Origin: Geotalea uraniireducens Rf4
GTDB lineage: Bacteria; Desulfobacterota; Desulfuromonadia; Geobacterales; Geobacteraceae
DNA length: 32,000 nucleotides
Direction: 5' to 3'
NCBI RefSeq assembly: GCF_000016745.1
Contig: NC_009483.1
Coordinates: 4,110,001 to 4,142,000, forward strand
The notes beneath the pieces were generated by a model. That model made no database searches, was not told the DNA's origin, and worked only from the letters and a program-made list of their open reading frames with translations. Positions 9,774-16,978 of this stretch are shown piece by piece. The position numbers and the translations under genes were made by a program. Numbering within the stretch: the stretch's first letter is position 1; each line of letters starts with the position of its first letter.

Positions 9774-9828
9774 GGAAAGCTCCTTGAAATAATCGGTCCG
9801 ATCCTATTGATCCGACCGATCGGTCTGA

Positions 9829-11016
9829 TTATTTATTTACCGCAACGGCAGCCGGTGCAGCAGGCTTGGCTGCGAACTGCACGGCCTTGACCGGCGTCCC
9901 CGGTTTCGCCTTTTGCAGCCCCTCCAGTATGACGCGATCCCCCGCCTTCAACCCGTCGCTCACCAGCCAGTTGTCGCCAACCGTCCGGACAACCTTGATG
10001 GGGCGTGGCTCTACCTTCTCCCCGGCCCCTATCGCCATGACCATGGCTTCACCTTGCGGATTACGGGTCACGCCACGTTGTGGGACAAGGATGGCGTTCT
10101 CGTTTACCCCCTCCTCCAGAATTGCGCGGACAAACATGCCCGGCAGCAGGGTCTGCTTCGGGTTGGGGAAGATCGCCCGCAGGGTGACTGAGCCGGTACT
10201 CTGGTCAACGGTCACTTCCGAAAACTTCAGGGTGCCCGGCAACGGATAGGCGCTGCCGTCCTCCAGCAACAGCTTTACCCGCGCCTGGCTGGCGCCGCCG
10301 CTCTTCAGCAGGCCGCTGGCCAGGTTCTGCTTCAGTTTCAACAGGTCTGCACTGGACTGGGTGACATCCACATACATGGAATCGAGCTGCTGGATGGTGG
10401 CCAGCGCTGCAGGCTGGCTGGCGGTTACCAGGGCGCCATTGGTCACGGTCGAACGGCCGATTCGACCGGAGATGGGGGCAGTTACCTTGGTATAGGCCAG
10501 GTTGATGCGGGCGGTTTCCACCGCAGCCCTGCTGGAAGCCAGATCGGCCTCGGCCAGCTTGAGTGAGGCACTTGCGTCGTCATAGTCCTGCTGGCTCACC
10601 GCCTTGATCTTCACCAGATCATGGAAACGCCCCTCCTTCAGCCTGGCCGGGACGAGATTTGCTTCGGCCCGGGCCTCGGCAGCCTTTGCGCTGGCGAAGG
10701 CTGCCTGGTAGGTGGCGGGATCGATCTGGTAGAGCACCTGGCCCGCTTTCACATCGGACCCTTCGGTGAACAGGCGCTTCTGGATAATTCCCCCCACCTG
10801 GGGGCGCACTTCGGCAATCAGTTGGGGTGAGGTGCGGCCCGGCAATTCCGTAGTAAGCGACACACTCTCCGGCTGGACAACAACCACTCCCACCTCGGGT
10901 GGGCCGCTTGGCGGCGGGCCGCCGGCATTGGTTTTCTTTCCGCATCCGGTCACCATTACTCCGGCAACCAGCAGCCCCGCGACGATGATCAGTTTGGTTC
11001 TGCACTTGTTTTGCAT
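9829..11016 (-). CDS. RND efflux periplasmic adaptor (MFP, AcrA/MexA family) lipoprotein
   Basis: Lipobox VTGC, then GQVLYQIDP and the coiled-coil/lipoyl/beta-barrel pattern. The ATG at 11016 has GAGG 5 nt upstream; the ORF-track start at 11022 is a GTG. Confidence 0.9.
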   Translation of the reverse strand: MQNKCRTKLIIVAGLLVAGVMVTGCGKKTNAGGPPPSGPPEVGVVVVQPESVSLTTELPGRTSPQLIAEVRPQVGGIIQKRLFTEGSDVKAGQVLYQIDPATYQAAFASAKAAEARAEANLVPARLKEGRFHDLVKIKAVSQQDYDDASASLKLAEADLASSRAAVETARINLAYTKVTAPISGRIGRSTVTNGALVTASQPAALATIQQLDSMYVDVTQSSADLLKLKQNLASGLLKSGGASQARVKLLLEDGSAYPLPGTLKFSEVTVDQSTGSVTLRAIFPNPKQTLLPGMFVRAILEEGVNENAILVPQRGVTRNPQGEAMVMAIGAGEKVEPRPIKVVRTVGDNWLVSDGLKAGDRVILEGLQKAKPGTPVKAVQFAAKPAAPAAVAVNK

Positions 11017-11041
11017 ATGCACCTCATAGTTTGAAGAAATT

Positions 11042-11060
11042 GCCGGCCCAATCGGCCGGC
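11042..11060 (-). other. GC hairpin between the micro-ORF and the MFP gene (possible attenuator or partial terminator)
   Basis: gccggcc / ggccggc is a 7-bp stem with a 5-nt loop that overlaps the TAG of the micro-ORF. On the minus strand it is followed by AATTTCTT and then the MFP RBS. Confidence 0.35.
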
Positions 11061-11137
11061 TACTTGTCTTTTCTCACGAAGGCGATGAGGGCGATCAGCG
11101 CCCAGACCGCTATTACGAATGCGACAAATATGGTCAT
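11060..11137 (-). CDS. 25-aa single-TM micro-protein MTIFVAFVIAVWALIALIAFVRKDK, first ORF of the efflux operon
   Basis: ATG at 11137 with AAGGA 7 nt upstream. The product has a hydrophobic helix followed by a basic tail (RKDK). It lies between the TetR operator copy and the MFP gene and is below the ORF-track length cutoff. Confidence 0.35.
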   Translation of the reverse strand: MTIFVAFVIAVWALIALIAFVRKDK

Positions 11138-11192
11138 CGCGTCATCCTTTTGCAGCAGATTTGACGTCATGTCACTGCCGGCCACACTAACA

Positions 11193-11210
11193 AGAATGAA
11201 CATTCATTCC
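11193..11210. promoter_or_regulatory. TetR operator copy O2 (aGAATGAAcATTCATTCc) upstream of the efflux operon
   Basis: 16 of 18 positions are identical to the perfect palindrome at 11848-11865. It lies between the tetR stop (11255) and the micro-ORF/MFP genes. Confidence 0.6.
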
Positions 11211-11254
11211 GAAATGGCGAGCAAAAAAAGCTTCAACAGGGTCGCCCCCGCCCC

Positions 11255-11830
11255 CTATCTCCTGATCCCGTCCCAGCAGGCGTCCACGATCCGGGCGATC
11301 AAGGCATCGTCCAGCGAGATGAAGCTGAGGATATGGTCCCGCGCCACGGTCAGGAGCGGGCCGAAGGCCAGGGCAAAGAGGACGGGAAGGGGGAGATCCT
11401 TCATCACCTGTTGGGAGATCCCATCCTCGAAAAGCTCGCGGAAAACGTCGCACTCGCCCTTTTTTCCCAGAATCTTGTCCCGGCGAAACGCCACGCCGTA
11501 GGGGGAGTTGTGAAACTGCTCCAGGTAGCGGAAATGGAGAGGATTCTGGATGAAGTAGCGCAACAGCGCCGTGCCGAGGTGAAGAAACCGCTCCCTGAAC
11601 GGTTTTTCCGTCGCGTATCCCTCCAGGAGAACCGCGTAGAGCTTCTCTTCCACCTCCCGGTAGAGCTCGGTGATCAGCACGTCCTTGTTCTCGAAGTAGC
11701 GGTAGATCGTCCCGGCCCCCACTCCGGCCCGGTCGGCGATCATCGCCATGGGGGCGCCGTGAAAACCGTATTCGGCAATAAGTTCCAAAGCAGCACGGAC
11801 TATCTCGTCACGTTTGTCTGGCTTTGTCAT
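11255..11830 (-). CDS. TetR/AcrR-family transcriptional repressor of the adjacent RND operon
   Basis: N-terminal HTH (RDEIVRAALELIAEYGFHGAPMAMIADRAGVGAGTIYRYFENKD). ATG at 11830. It sits directly upstream of the efflux genes. Confidence 0.9.
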   Translation of the reverse strand: MTKPDKRDEIVRAALELIAEYGFHGAPMAMIADRAGVGAGTIYRYFENKDVLITELYREVEEKLYAVLLEGYATEKPFRERFLHLGTALLRYFIQNPLHFRYLEQFHNSPYGVAFRRDKILGKKGECDVFRELFEDGISQQVMKDLPLPVLFALAFGPLLTVARDHILSFISLDDALIARIVDACWDGIRR

Positions 11831-11847
11831 GTAACAACTCCCCATTC

Positions 11848-11894
11848 GGAATGAATATTCATTCCATAATTACTTCTTTGAATTTTTTTGTCAA
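11848..11894 (-). promoter_or_regulatory. tetR promoter (TTGACA-N16-TAATTA) with perfect 18-bp operator palindrome O1
   Basis: Minus strand reads TTGACA (11894-11889), a 16-nt spacer, TAATTA (11872-11867), and then GGAATGAATATTCATTCC (11865-11848) directly downstream of the -10 box. Confidence 0.7.
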
Positions 11895-11991
11895 TACATT
11901 CTTTGCCGGCTTCGCTTCACCCCGAACCGACGCGCGCTTTCACTGTTTGGATATAGTCCGGACCAGTCATACGTATTCCCCGATGCCCCCC

Positions 11992-12642
11992 CTACTCTAT
12001 CAACCGCCCAATGCTCCCCCAGCGCACCCGCCACGAAGCCTGGTCCCATGACCAGTACTTGATGAACGCCTTCCCCCTGATGTCGCTATCCTTGATGAAT
12101 CCCCAGAAGCGGCTGTCATAGGAGCGATCCCGGTTATCCCCCATCATGAAATAGGATCCGGCCGGGACCCGCACCGGTCCGAAATTGTCTCGCGGTGCCA
12201 TATCCCGAGACAAAACCGCCGCTTCCTTGTGGACTTCGTGGGGATTCTTATAGAGCACCCCGTTCACGTACACATGCTTGTCCCGCACAAGGATCTCGTC
12301 ACCCGGAACGCCGATCACCCGCTTGATAAAGTCCTTGGAGCGGTCCTCCGGGTATTCGAACACCATCACGTCGCCGCGCATCGGGTCGCGGAGCGTCAAT
12401 ATCCGCGTATCGGTAAAGGGGAGCTTGATGCCGTAGATGAACTTGTTCACGAAAAGATGGTCGCCGACGGCAAGTGTATTCTCCATGGAGCCGGACGGGA
12501 TCTTGAAGGCCTGCACCACGCAGGACCTGATGATGAACGCCAGGACGATCGCCCAGATGATCGATTCGGCATATTCGCGGAATTTGGATTTTACTTTGGT
12601 GGTGGCCTCGTTCAGGGGCGCGGTTGCGGTTGCGTCAGTCAT
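11992..12642 (-). CDS. lepB: signal peptidase I
   Basis: Catalytic boxes IPSGSMENTL (Ser box), KRVIGVPGD (Lys box) and GDNRDRSYDSRFWG. Confidence 0.9.
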   Translation of the reverse strand: MTDATATAPLNEATTKVKSKFREYAESIIWAIVLAFIIRSCVVQAFKIPSGSMENTLAVGDHLFVNKFIYGIKLPFTDTRILTLRDPMRGDVMVFEYPEDRSKDFIKRVIGVPGDEILVRDKHVYVNGVLYKNPHEVHKEAAVLSRDMAPRDNFGPVRVPAGSYFMMGDNRDRSYDSRFWGFIKDSDIRGKAFIKYWSWDQASWRVRWGSIGRLIE

Positions 12643-12687
12643 GTGATTAATCCTTTCTCTTTCTGGTTGTGATGGGTCGCACAGGTG

Positions 12688-12867
12688 TCAGAATACCGGT
12701 ACCGCCTTGAGTATGCCGAAGACGGTTCCACCGCCCGCCAACGCATAGCGCAGTGGACGGGACCAGAAAAACCGTTCAACGAATGAGACTTTTTCCGTCT
12801 CATAGGCATGAACCCGCGCCATAACCTTTGCTACGAAATCGGGAGAAGGCTTAAATTCTTCGTTCAT
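12688..12867 (-). CDS. small membrane-anchored protein, probable minimal anti-sigma factor
   Basis: ATG at 12867 with GGAGG 8 nt upstream, overlapping the sigma gene stop by 17 nt. It contains the PDFVAKVMARV motif common in anti-sigma N-termini and a C-terminal TM segment (YALAGGGTVFGILKAVPVF). Confidence 0.5.
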   Translation of the reverse strand: MNEEFKPSPDFVAKVMARVHAYETEKVSFVERFFWSRPLRYALAGGGTVFGILKAVPVF

Positions 12868-13417
12868 GGCCGACACCTCCGAAATGCTCTTTCAGCAAGA
12901 GCTTTATCTTTTCCTTGGCCCGAAACAGCCGGGTCTTTACCGTGGCCTGCGGCACGCCGCAGCTGCGGGCGATATCGTCAAGCGTTGCCCCTTGGAGGCT
13001 CATGAGGATGGTGGATTGGAACGGCTCGGGAAGCTCCGCCAATGTGGCCGCCAGCGCTTCATGATCTTCCCGCCTGATCAGCGCAGCCTCCGCTGTTTCC
13101 CCGCCGGCGGCGAGTTGATAAAACTGTTCCACCGGCACGAGTTCCATGCGGCCCTGCTTCCGCAACTCGCTGATGCACTGATTGCGTGCGACGATACAGA
13201 GCCAGGCCGGAAATGGGGTTCCACGGCTGAGGTCGAAGCGCGGCAGTTCCTTATATACGTTCAGAAACACCTCCTGGCCGATATCCTCCGCCAGATGGGG
13301 GTCTCTGACGATACGGAAGATGAACGCAAGCAGGTTGCGGTGGTACTTACGAACGAGCAGGGCATAGGCATCGACGTCTCCGTCTTGAATGCGCTTGATT
13401 ATGATGTCATCGTCCAT
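12851..13417 (-). CDS. ECF (group IV) sigma-70 family RNA polymerase sigma factor
   Basis: Region 2 (LAEDIGQEVFLNVYKEL) and region 4 HTH (ATLDDIARSCGVPQATVKTRLFRAKEKI); 188 aa. Confidence 0.9.
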   Translation of the reverse strand: MDDDIIIKRIQDGDVDAYALLVRKYHRNLLAFIFRIVRDPHLAEDIGQEVFLNVYKELPRFDLSRGTPFPAWLCIVARNQCISELRKQGRMELVPVEQFYQLAAGGETAEAALIRREDHEALAATLAELPEPFQSTILMSLQGATLDDIARSCGVPQATVKTRLFRAKEKIKLLLKEHFGGVGHERRI

Positions 13418-13447
13418 CCGCTCTCCGCTGTTTCGTTTCTAACTTTA

Positions 13448-13474
13448 TATACGCCGGATTGCCGCAAAGGTTCC
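13448..13474 (-). promoter_or_regulatory. ECF-type autoregulated promoter (GGAAC-N16-CGTATA)
   Basis: Minus strand reads GGAACC (13474-13469), a 16-nt spacer from GGAAC, then CGTATA (13453-13448). It lies ~30 nt upstream of the sigma gene start. Confidence 0.6.
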
Positions 13475-13503
13475 CGGAAAAATATTATTGTACCCCATTG
13501 CGC

Positions 13504-13531
13504 AAAAAAAGGGATGCCTGAATGGCATCCC
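13504..13531 (-). terminator. Rho-independent terminator (for the AraC-family gene transcript)
   Basis: Minus strand reads GGGATGCC-attca-GGCATCCC followed by TTTTTTT. Confidence 0.75.
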
Positions 13532-13562
13532 CCTGAGCAAAATGTTAAAGCAAGACATGACT

Positions 13563-13690
13563 CACGCGACGACGCCCCAAAAGTAGGCGCTATTAAGCGA
13601 CGAAAGGCTTTTAAACAAATTATTGGTTCATGGTTTTTTAAACGTTGCGTCGTCGCGTCGTCGCTTAAAAGCGCCTACTTTTGGTGCGTG
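13563..13690. repeat. REPIN-like doublet: two inverted 27-nt units, each beginning with GTAG, around a ~54-nt spacer
   Basis: Left arm 13577-13603 is ccaaaaGTAGgcgctattaagcgacga. Right arm 13658-13684 is its reverse complement with one mismatch. The outer cacgc/gcgtg sequences extend the pairing. Confidence 0.55.
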
Positions 13691-13733
13691 AAATACAATA
13701 TTTGGGTTCCGGCTTGTCCGGCTTAGGTTTATT

Positions 13734-14735
13734 CTACACGACCGGCACCCAGATCTCGGTGCGCAGATTCTCCGGCTTGGTCCGGCGCGGGTCGCGGTTC
13801 AGGTAAACCTCGAAGCATGGTTGGTCACGCAGGGTGCACCCACTGGTCGCAAGCCAGCCGGCGAAGATGTTCCGGTAAATCTCCGGCAGCCCGGTGTATG
13901 CCCCCTTGTGCAGAAACACGGCATAGCGACCCCCGGCAATGGTCTGGATCCCCACTTCCCCTTCCGGCTTCACATCCCCGGAAAAGGTGACACAGGCGTC
14001 ATAGCGGATCTTCTCCTCTGCCGTGATAGCCGGGTCGTCGTGACCGATACCGACCATCAGCGTCTCGCCGGTCATCAGGCGATTTTTGTAGGCAAAGCCC
14101 ATGAGCGCCTCCCAGGCGGCCGTGGCAGCCTCTCCATACGCTCCGGTCCGCCTCACGAACAGCACCTTGGTTTTCGAAAACTCCCTCATCTCTGGTTTCA
14201 TGACAATTATCTCCTTCGCAGTCGAATTTTCGGCAAAGGAAAGAATCGTTTCACGCTGCTGTCCACGGAACTCGCTGGGACTCATGCCGAACCGCTCGCG
14301 AAAGGCGCGGGTAAAAGCTGCCGGCGTCTCGTACCCCACCCCCAGAGCCGTATCCGTCACGCTTTCGCCTGTGAAGGCGATCCTCGTAGCGGCCCGTTCC
14401 AGGCGCAACCGGCGCACGTACCCGGTCACAGTCTCCCCTACATGGGCGCTGAAGATGCGATGGAAGTGGAACGGAGAGAGGCAGGCAACCTCGGCCAACC
14501 GTTCGATGGTAAGCGGTTCGTCCAGGTTCTTCTGGATGTGGATCAGAACCCGGTTCAGACGTTCCTGATAGCTGTTGGTGGTGCTGGGGCGCACTACGTA
14601 TCCCTCCTTGCCGAACATCACCGTAGCATCTTTACGATGAGCGGCGCTATTCCGTGCTTGCTGTTTTTTAAAGCGTACGTTGGCGGAAAGACGATAGCGC
14701 TGTGTCGTACTGTGGTCGCTTCCCTTCTTAACCAT
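13734..14735 (-). CDS. AraC-family transcriptional regulator with C-terminal GyrI-like effector-binding domain (Rob-like architecture)
   Basis: AraC HTH (LSPFHFHRIFSAHVGETVTGYVRRLRLERA ... AAFTRAFRERFGMSPSEFR) followed by a GyrI-like half (YAVFLHKGAYTGLPEIYRNIFAGWL). The start is uncertain between 14735 and the ATG at 14618. Confidence 0.8.
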   Translation of the reverse strand: MVKKGSDHSTTQRYRLSANVRFKKQQARNSAAHRKDATVMFGKEGYVVRPSTTNSYQERLNRVLIHIQKNLDEPLTIERLAEVACLSPFHFHRIFSAHVGETVTGYVRRLRLERAATRIAFTGESVTDTALGVGYETPAAFTRAFRERFGMSPSEFRGQQRETILSFAENSTAKEIIVMKPEMREFSKTKVLFVRRTGAYGEAATAAWEALMGFAYKNRLMTGETLMVGIGHDDPAITAEEKIRYDACVTFSGDVKPEGEVGIQTIAGGRYAVFLHKGAYTGLPEIYRNIFAGWLATSGCTLRDQPCFEVYLNRDPRRTKPENLRTEIWVPVV

Positions 14736-14755
14736 CCCCCCATGACTTGCCTCCG

Positions 14756-16036
14756 CTATAACGCCCCAAACAGATACCAGTCAGGAACGCCCCAAACGTT
14801 TTTGCGCAACTCGACTATTTCGTTACCCGGATAGACCACCAGCCCGACGTGCGCAGCTTTCGGATGCTCCGCCAAGAACATCTCCACGCTCCTGGCATCA
14901 GTGCTGGTCACGCGCTCAGAGGACTTGGCTTCGATGGGAATGATACCCCGTTCGTCGGCCAGGAGAAAATCCACCTCTAACCCGGCAGCAGTACGGTAAA
15001 AATACAGCTCCGGTTCCAGCGGCTGAAGTTGTTTCCACTTCAGCAGTTCGGCACAGACCCAACTCTCGTAGGCCGCGCCGCGACTGACGGAGAGTTCTCC
15101 CAATACGGCCCGGTTCACCCCCATATCGGGGAAATAGAGCTTCGGACTCTTGATCAGGCGTTTGCCGACGTTCTCGTGCCAGGGGGAGAGCAGATAGCAC
15201 TGGAACGACATGGTCAACAGCTCCAGATAACGCTTGAGCGTATTGACCGCCACTCCCAGACCCCGCGCCACCTCGCTAATTGAGAGCAAGTTGGCGGTAC
15301 GGCTGCACAGAAGCTTCTGCGCCAGGGCAAAGGTATCAATGTTCGCTACCTGCCCCACATCGGCAATATCGCGTTCCAGGTAAGTTTTGCGATAATCCTT
15401 GAGCCAGTTTAGCCGCGCAGTGTCACCTGTGCGTTGCCATACCGGTGGATAACCGCCCCACAATTGATGCTCATCCCGCACCTTCCTCAGGGTGCGCAAC
15501 CGTTGCGGCGAAGCCAGTTGCAGTCGCTCCACATCCTGGCGTGAAACAGCGTGATCACGCCATATCCGGGAAAGGAATGGCGGTTCGCCATCGCTGGTCA
15601 GCTCATGCAGCGAGAACGGGTACATCTGGCAGAGTGCCACCCGACCGGCCAGGGTCTCTTGGATGTTCTTCATCATCAGCAGTTGCGAGGATCCGGTCAT
15701 CACGAAGCGCTTGCGCTCGGCGACCGGCTTTTTGCATTCCCGATCCACCACCAGTTTCAGTGGATCAAACAGCTGAGGGATCTTCTGCACCTCGTCAAGC
15801 ACCACCAGCGGCGTTGTGATGCTTTCAAGGATCGACACTGCAGAACGCTGAAAACGGAGCCGTTCGTCGGGATCGTCGAATGATATGTAGGTAAAGGGAA
15901 GATTAAGCAGCTTGGGAAGCTGCACTTCGCAGAGGGTAGTCTTGCCGGTCTGGCGAGCGCCGGTCAGGGCTACAATCTGCTCATGTTGCAAACGGGAGAT
16001 TACGGTGTCGAGTATGGAACGTTTGATAGAGTTCAT
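14756..16036 (-). CDS. AAA+ ATPase of the AAA_14 / DUF4143 family
   Basis: Walker A LTGARQTGKTT, Walker B VVLDEVQ, and a C-terminal DUF4143-like block (KRLIKSPKLYFPDMG). Confidence 0.8.
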   Translation of the reverse strand: MNSIKRSILDTVISRLQHEQIVALTGARQTGKTTLCEVQLPKLLNLPFTYISFDDPDERLRFQRSAVSILESITTPLVVLDEVQKIPQLFDPLKLVVDRECKKPVAERKRFVMTGSSQLLMMKNIQETLAGRVALCQMYPFSLHELTSDGEPPFLSRIWRDHAVSRQDVERLQLASPQRLRTLRKVRDEHQLWGGYPPVWQRTGDTARLNWLKDYRKTYLERDIADVGQVANIDTFALAQKLLCSRTANLLSISEVARGLGVAVNTLKRYLELLTMSFQCYLLSPWHENVGKRLIKSPKLYFPDMGVNRAVLGELSVSRGAAYESWVCAELLKWKQLQPLEPELYFYRTAAGLEVDFLLADERGIIPIEAKSSERVTSTDARSVEMFLAEHPKAAHVGLVVYPGNEIVELRKNVWGVPDWYLFGAL

Positions 16037-16049
16037 GCGGTATATCTAT

Positions 16050-16092
16050 CAGAGTGATTGCAAAATTACAAGGTGAATTTGCAATCACTCTG
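16050..16092. other. 15-bp perfect inverted repeat (cagagtgattgcaaa N13 tttgcaatcactctg) between bla and the ATPase gene
   Basis: Seen directly in the sequence. It ends 14 nt upstream of the ATPase ATG and lies ~50 nt downstream of the beta-lactamase stop. No T-tract follows it on the minus strand. Confidence 0.5.
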
Positions 16093-16142
16093 AATTTTCT
16101 TCCATTTTCATTTTCTTCTTTTGTGGAAAATAAAACCCGGCG

Positions 16143-16931
16143 CTATTTCAGAATCCCCTTCTGCCGCAGCGCCGCCATCGTCAGCTCTTGCCGAAGCCGC
16201 CCATCTTCGGGCCTGGCAATCTCCATGTTCATGGCGAAAAACCAGACCTTGCCGCCAGTTTCCAGATAACCCACATACCAGCCGATCTGGGGTGAAACCT
16301 TCTGCCCCCAGCCGACTATCCCGGTCTTTGTCCGCAGGGTGTAGGCGGGGGTCTGCTCAATGATCATCAGTTTGCGCAGCAGTTCGTAGGAAGAGGCCTT
16401 GAAGGGGAACTCCCGGCGATACAACCGTTTCAGAAAGGCGATCTGCTCCTGGGCGCTGATCCGCAAAGCCCCTTCCAGCCAGAAGTTGCTCAGCTCCGGC
16501 CCAGCCTGTCCGTTGCCGTACTGTAGCTTCGCCAGCCAGGCGTTGTAGCGTTCCGTGCCCACCCGCCGGGCCAGATCCTGGTAAAACCAGATACACGAGG
16601 ATTTGAAGGCGCTTTCAAGCGTCTGGTCCTTGTTCCAGGCCGCCACACCTTTGTCCGTGCCATCCCATTTCAACACTTTCTCATCGGCAATGGCCCCCTC
16701 CTCCAGCGCAATCAGGGTATTGGGGATCTTGAAGGTGGAGGCGGGGAGCATCCGGGTGGCGGCGCGTTCGTCGTTGTGGCTGTAAGTGGTCGCGCCATCC
16801 AGTGACGAGATGACTATCGTTCCCCGGATGTTTTTTTCCTTGAACAGCCGGGCGATGCCGGCGTCTTCAGCAAAGGCGGAGGAGGTCAGGGTAAACAAGA
16901 GAAGGGCGAAAAATGAGAAAGTACGGGGCAT
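16143..16931 (-). CDS. class D (OXA-type) beta-lactamase, secreted
   Basis: Signal peptide MPRTFSFFALLLFTLTSSAFA, active-site STFK (PASTFKIPN), FKSSCIWFYQ (SxV-box position), YGNG and KTG (TKTGIVGW). It is 262 aa and stand-alone, not a BlaR sensor fusion. Confidence 0.85.
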   Translation of the reverse strand: MPRTFSFFALLLFTLTSSAFAEDAGIARLFKEKNIRGTIVISSLDGATTYSHNDERAATRMLPASTFKIPNTLIALEEGAIADEKVLKWDGTDKGVAAWNKDQTLESAFKSSCIWFYQDLARRVGTERYNAWLAKLQYGNGQAGPELSNFWLEGALRISAQEQIAFLKRLYRREFPFKASSYELLRKLMIIEQTPAYTLRTKTGIVGWGQKVSPQIGWYVGYLETGGKVWFFAMNMEIARPEDGRLRQELTMAALRQKGILK

Positions 16932-16978
16932 GGTGGTGTCCTTTCAGGGTTAGCAGGGTAGTTGCTGTAAGGTCTATT

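Noticed and set aside
9792-9820. 12-bp (one mismatch) hairpin between the MFP and RND permease genes, and the 150-nt AT-rich spacer between the permease and OMF genes (6453-6602).
   Set aside because: Intercistronic stem-loops and spacers are common in efflux operons. Nothing distinctive was seen beyond possible mRNA stability or internal-promoter roles.
7590-9890. 766-aa + strand ORF (and other long + strand ORFs at 6049-6993, 7513-8133 and 8377-8796) opposite the RND pump genes.
   Set aside because: They lie entirely antisense to a textbook AcrB/MexB-family gene in GC-rich DNA. Their translations are low-complexity and R/G/H/D-rich with no motifs, which is typical of shadow ORFs.
14618-14735. 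Whether the basic 39-aa N-terminal extension of the AraC-family protein (MVKKGSDHSTTQRYRLSANVRFKKQQARNSAAHRKDATV) is a separate feature.
   Set aside because: It is most likely just start-codon ambiguity. Neither candidate start has a convincing RBS, so both are reported within one CDS.
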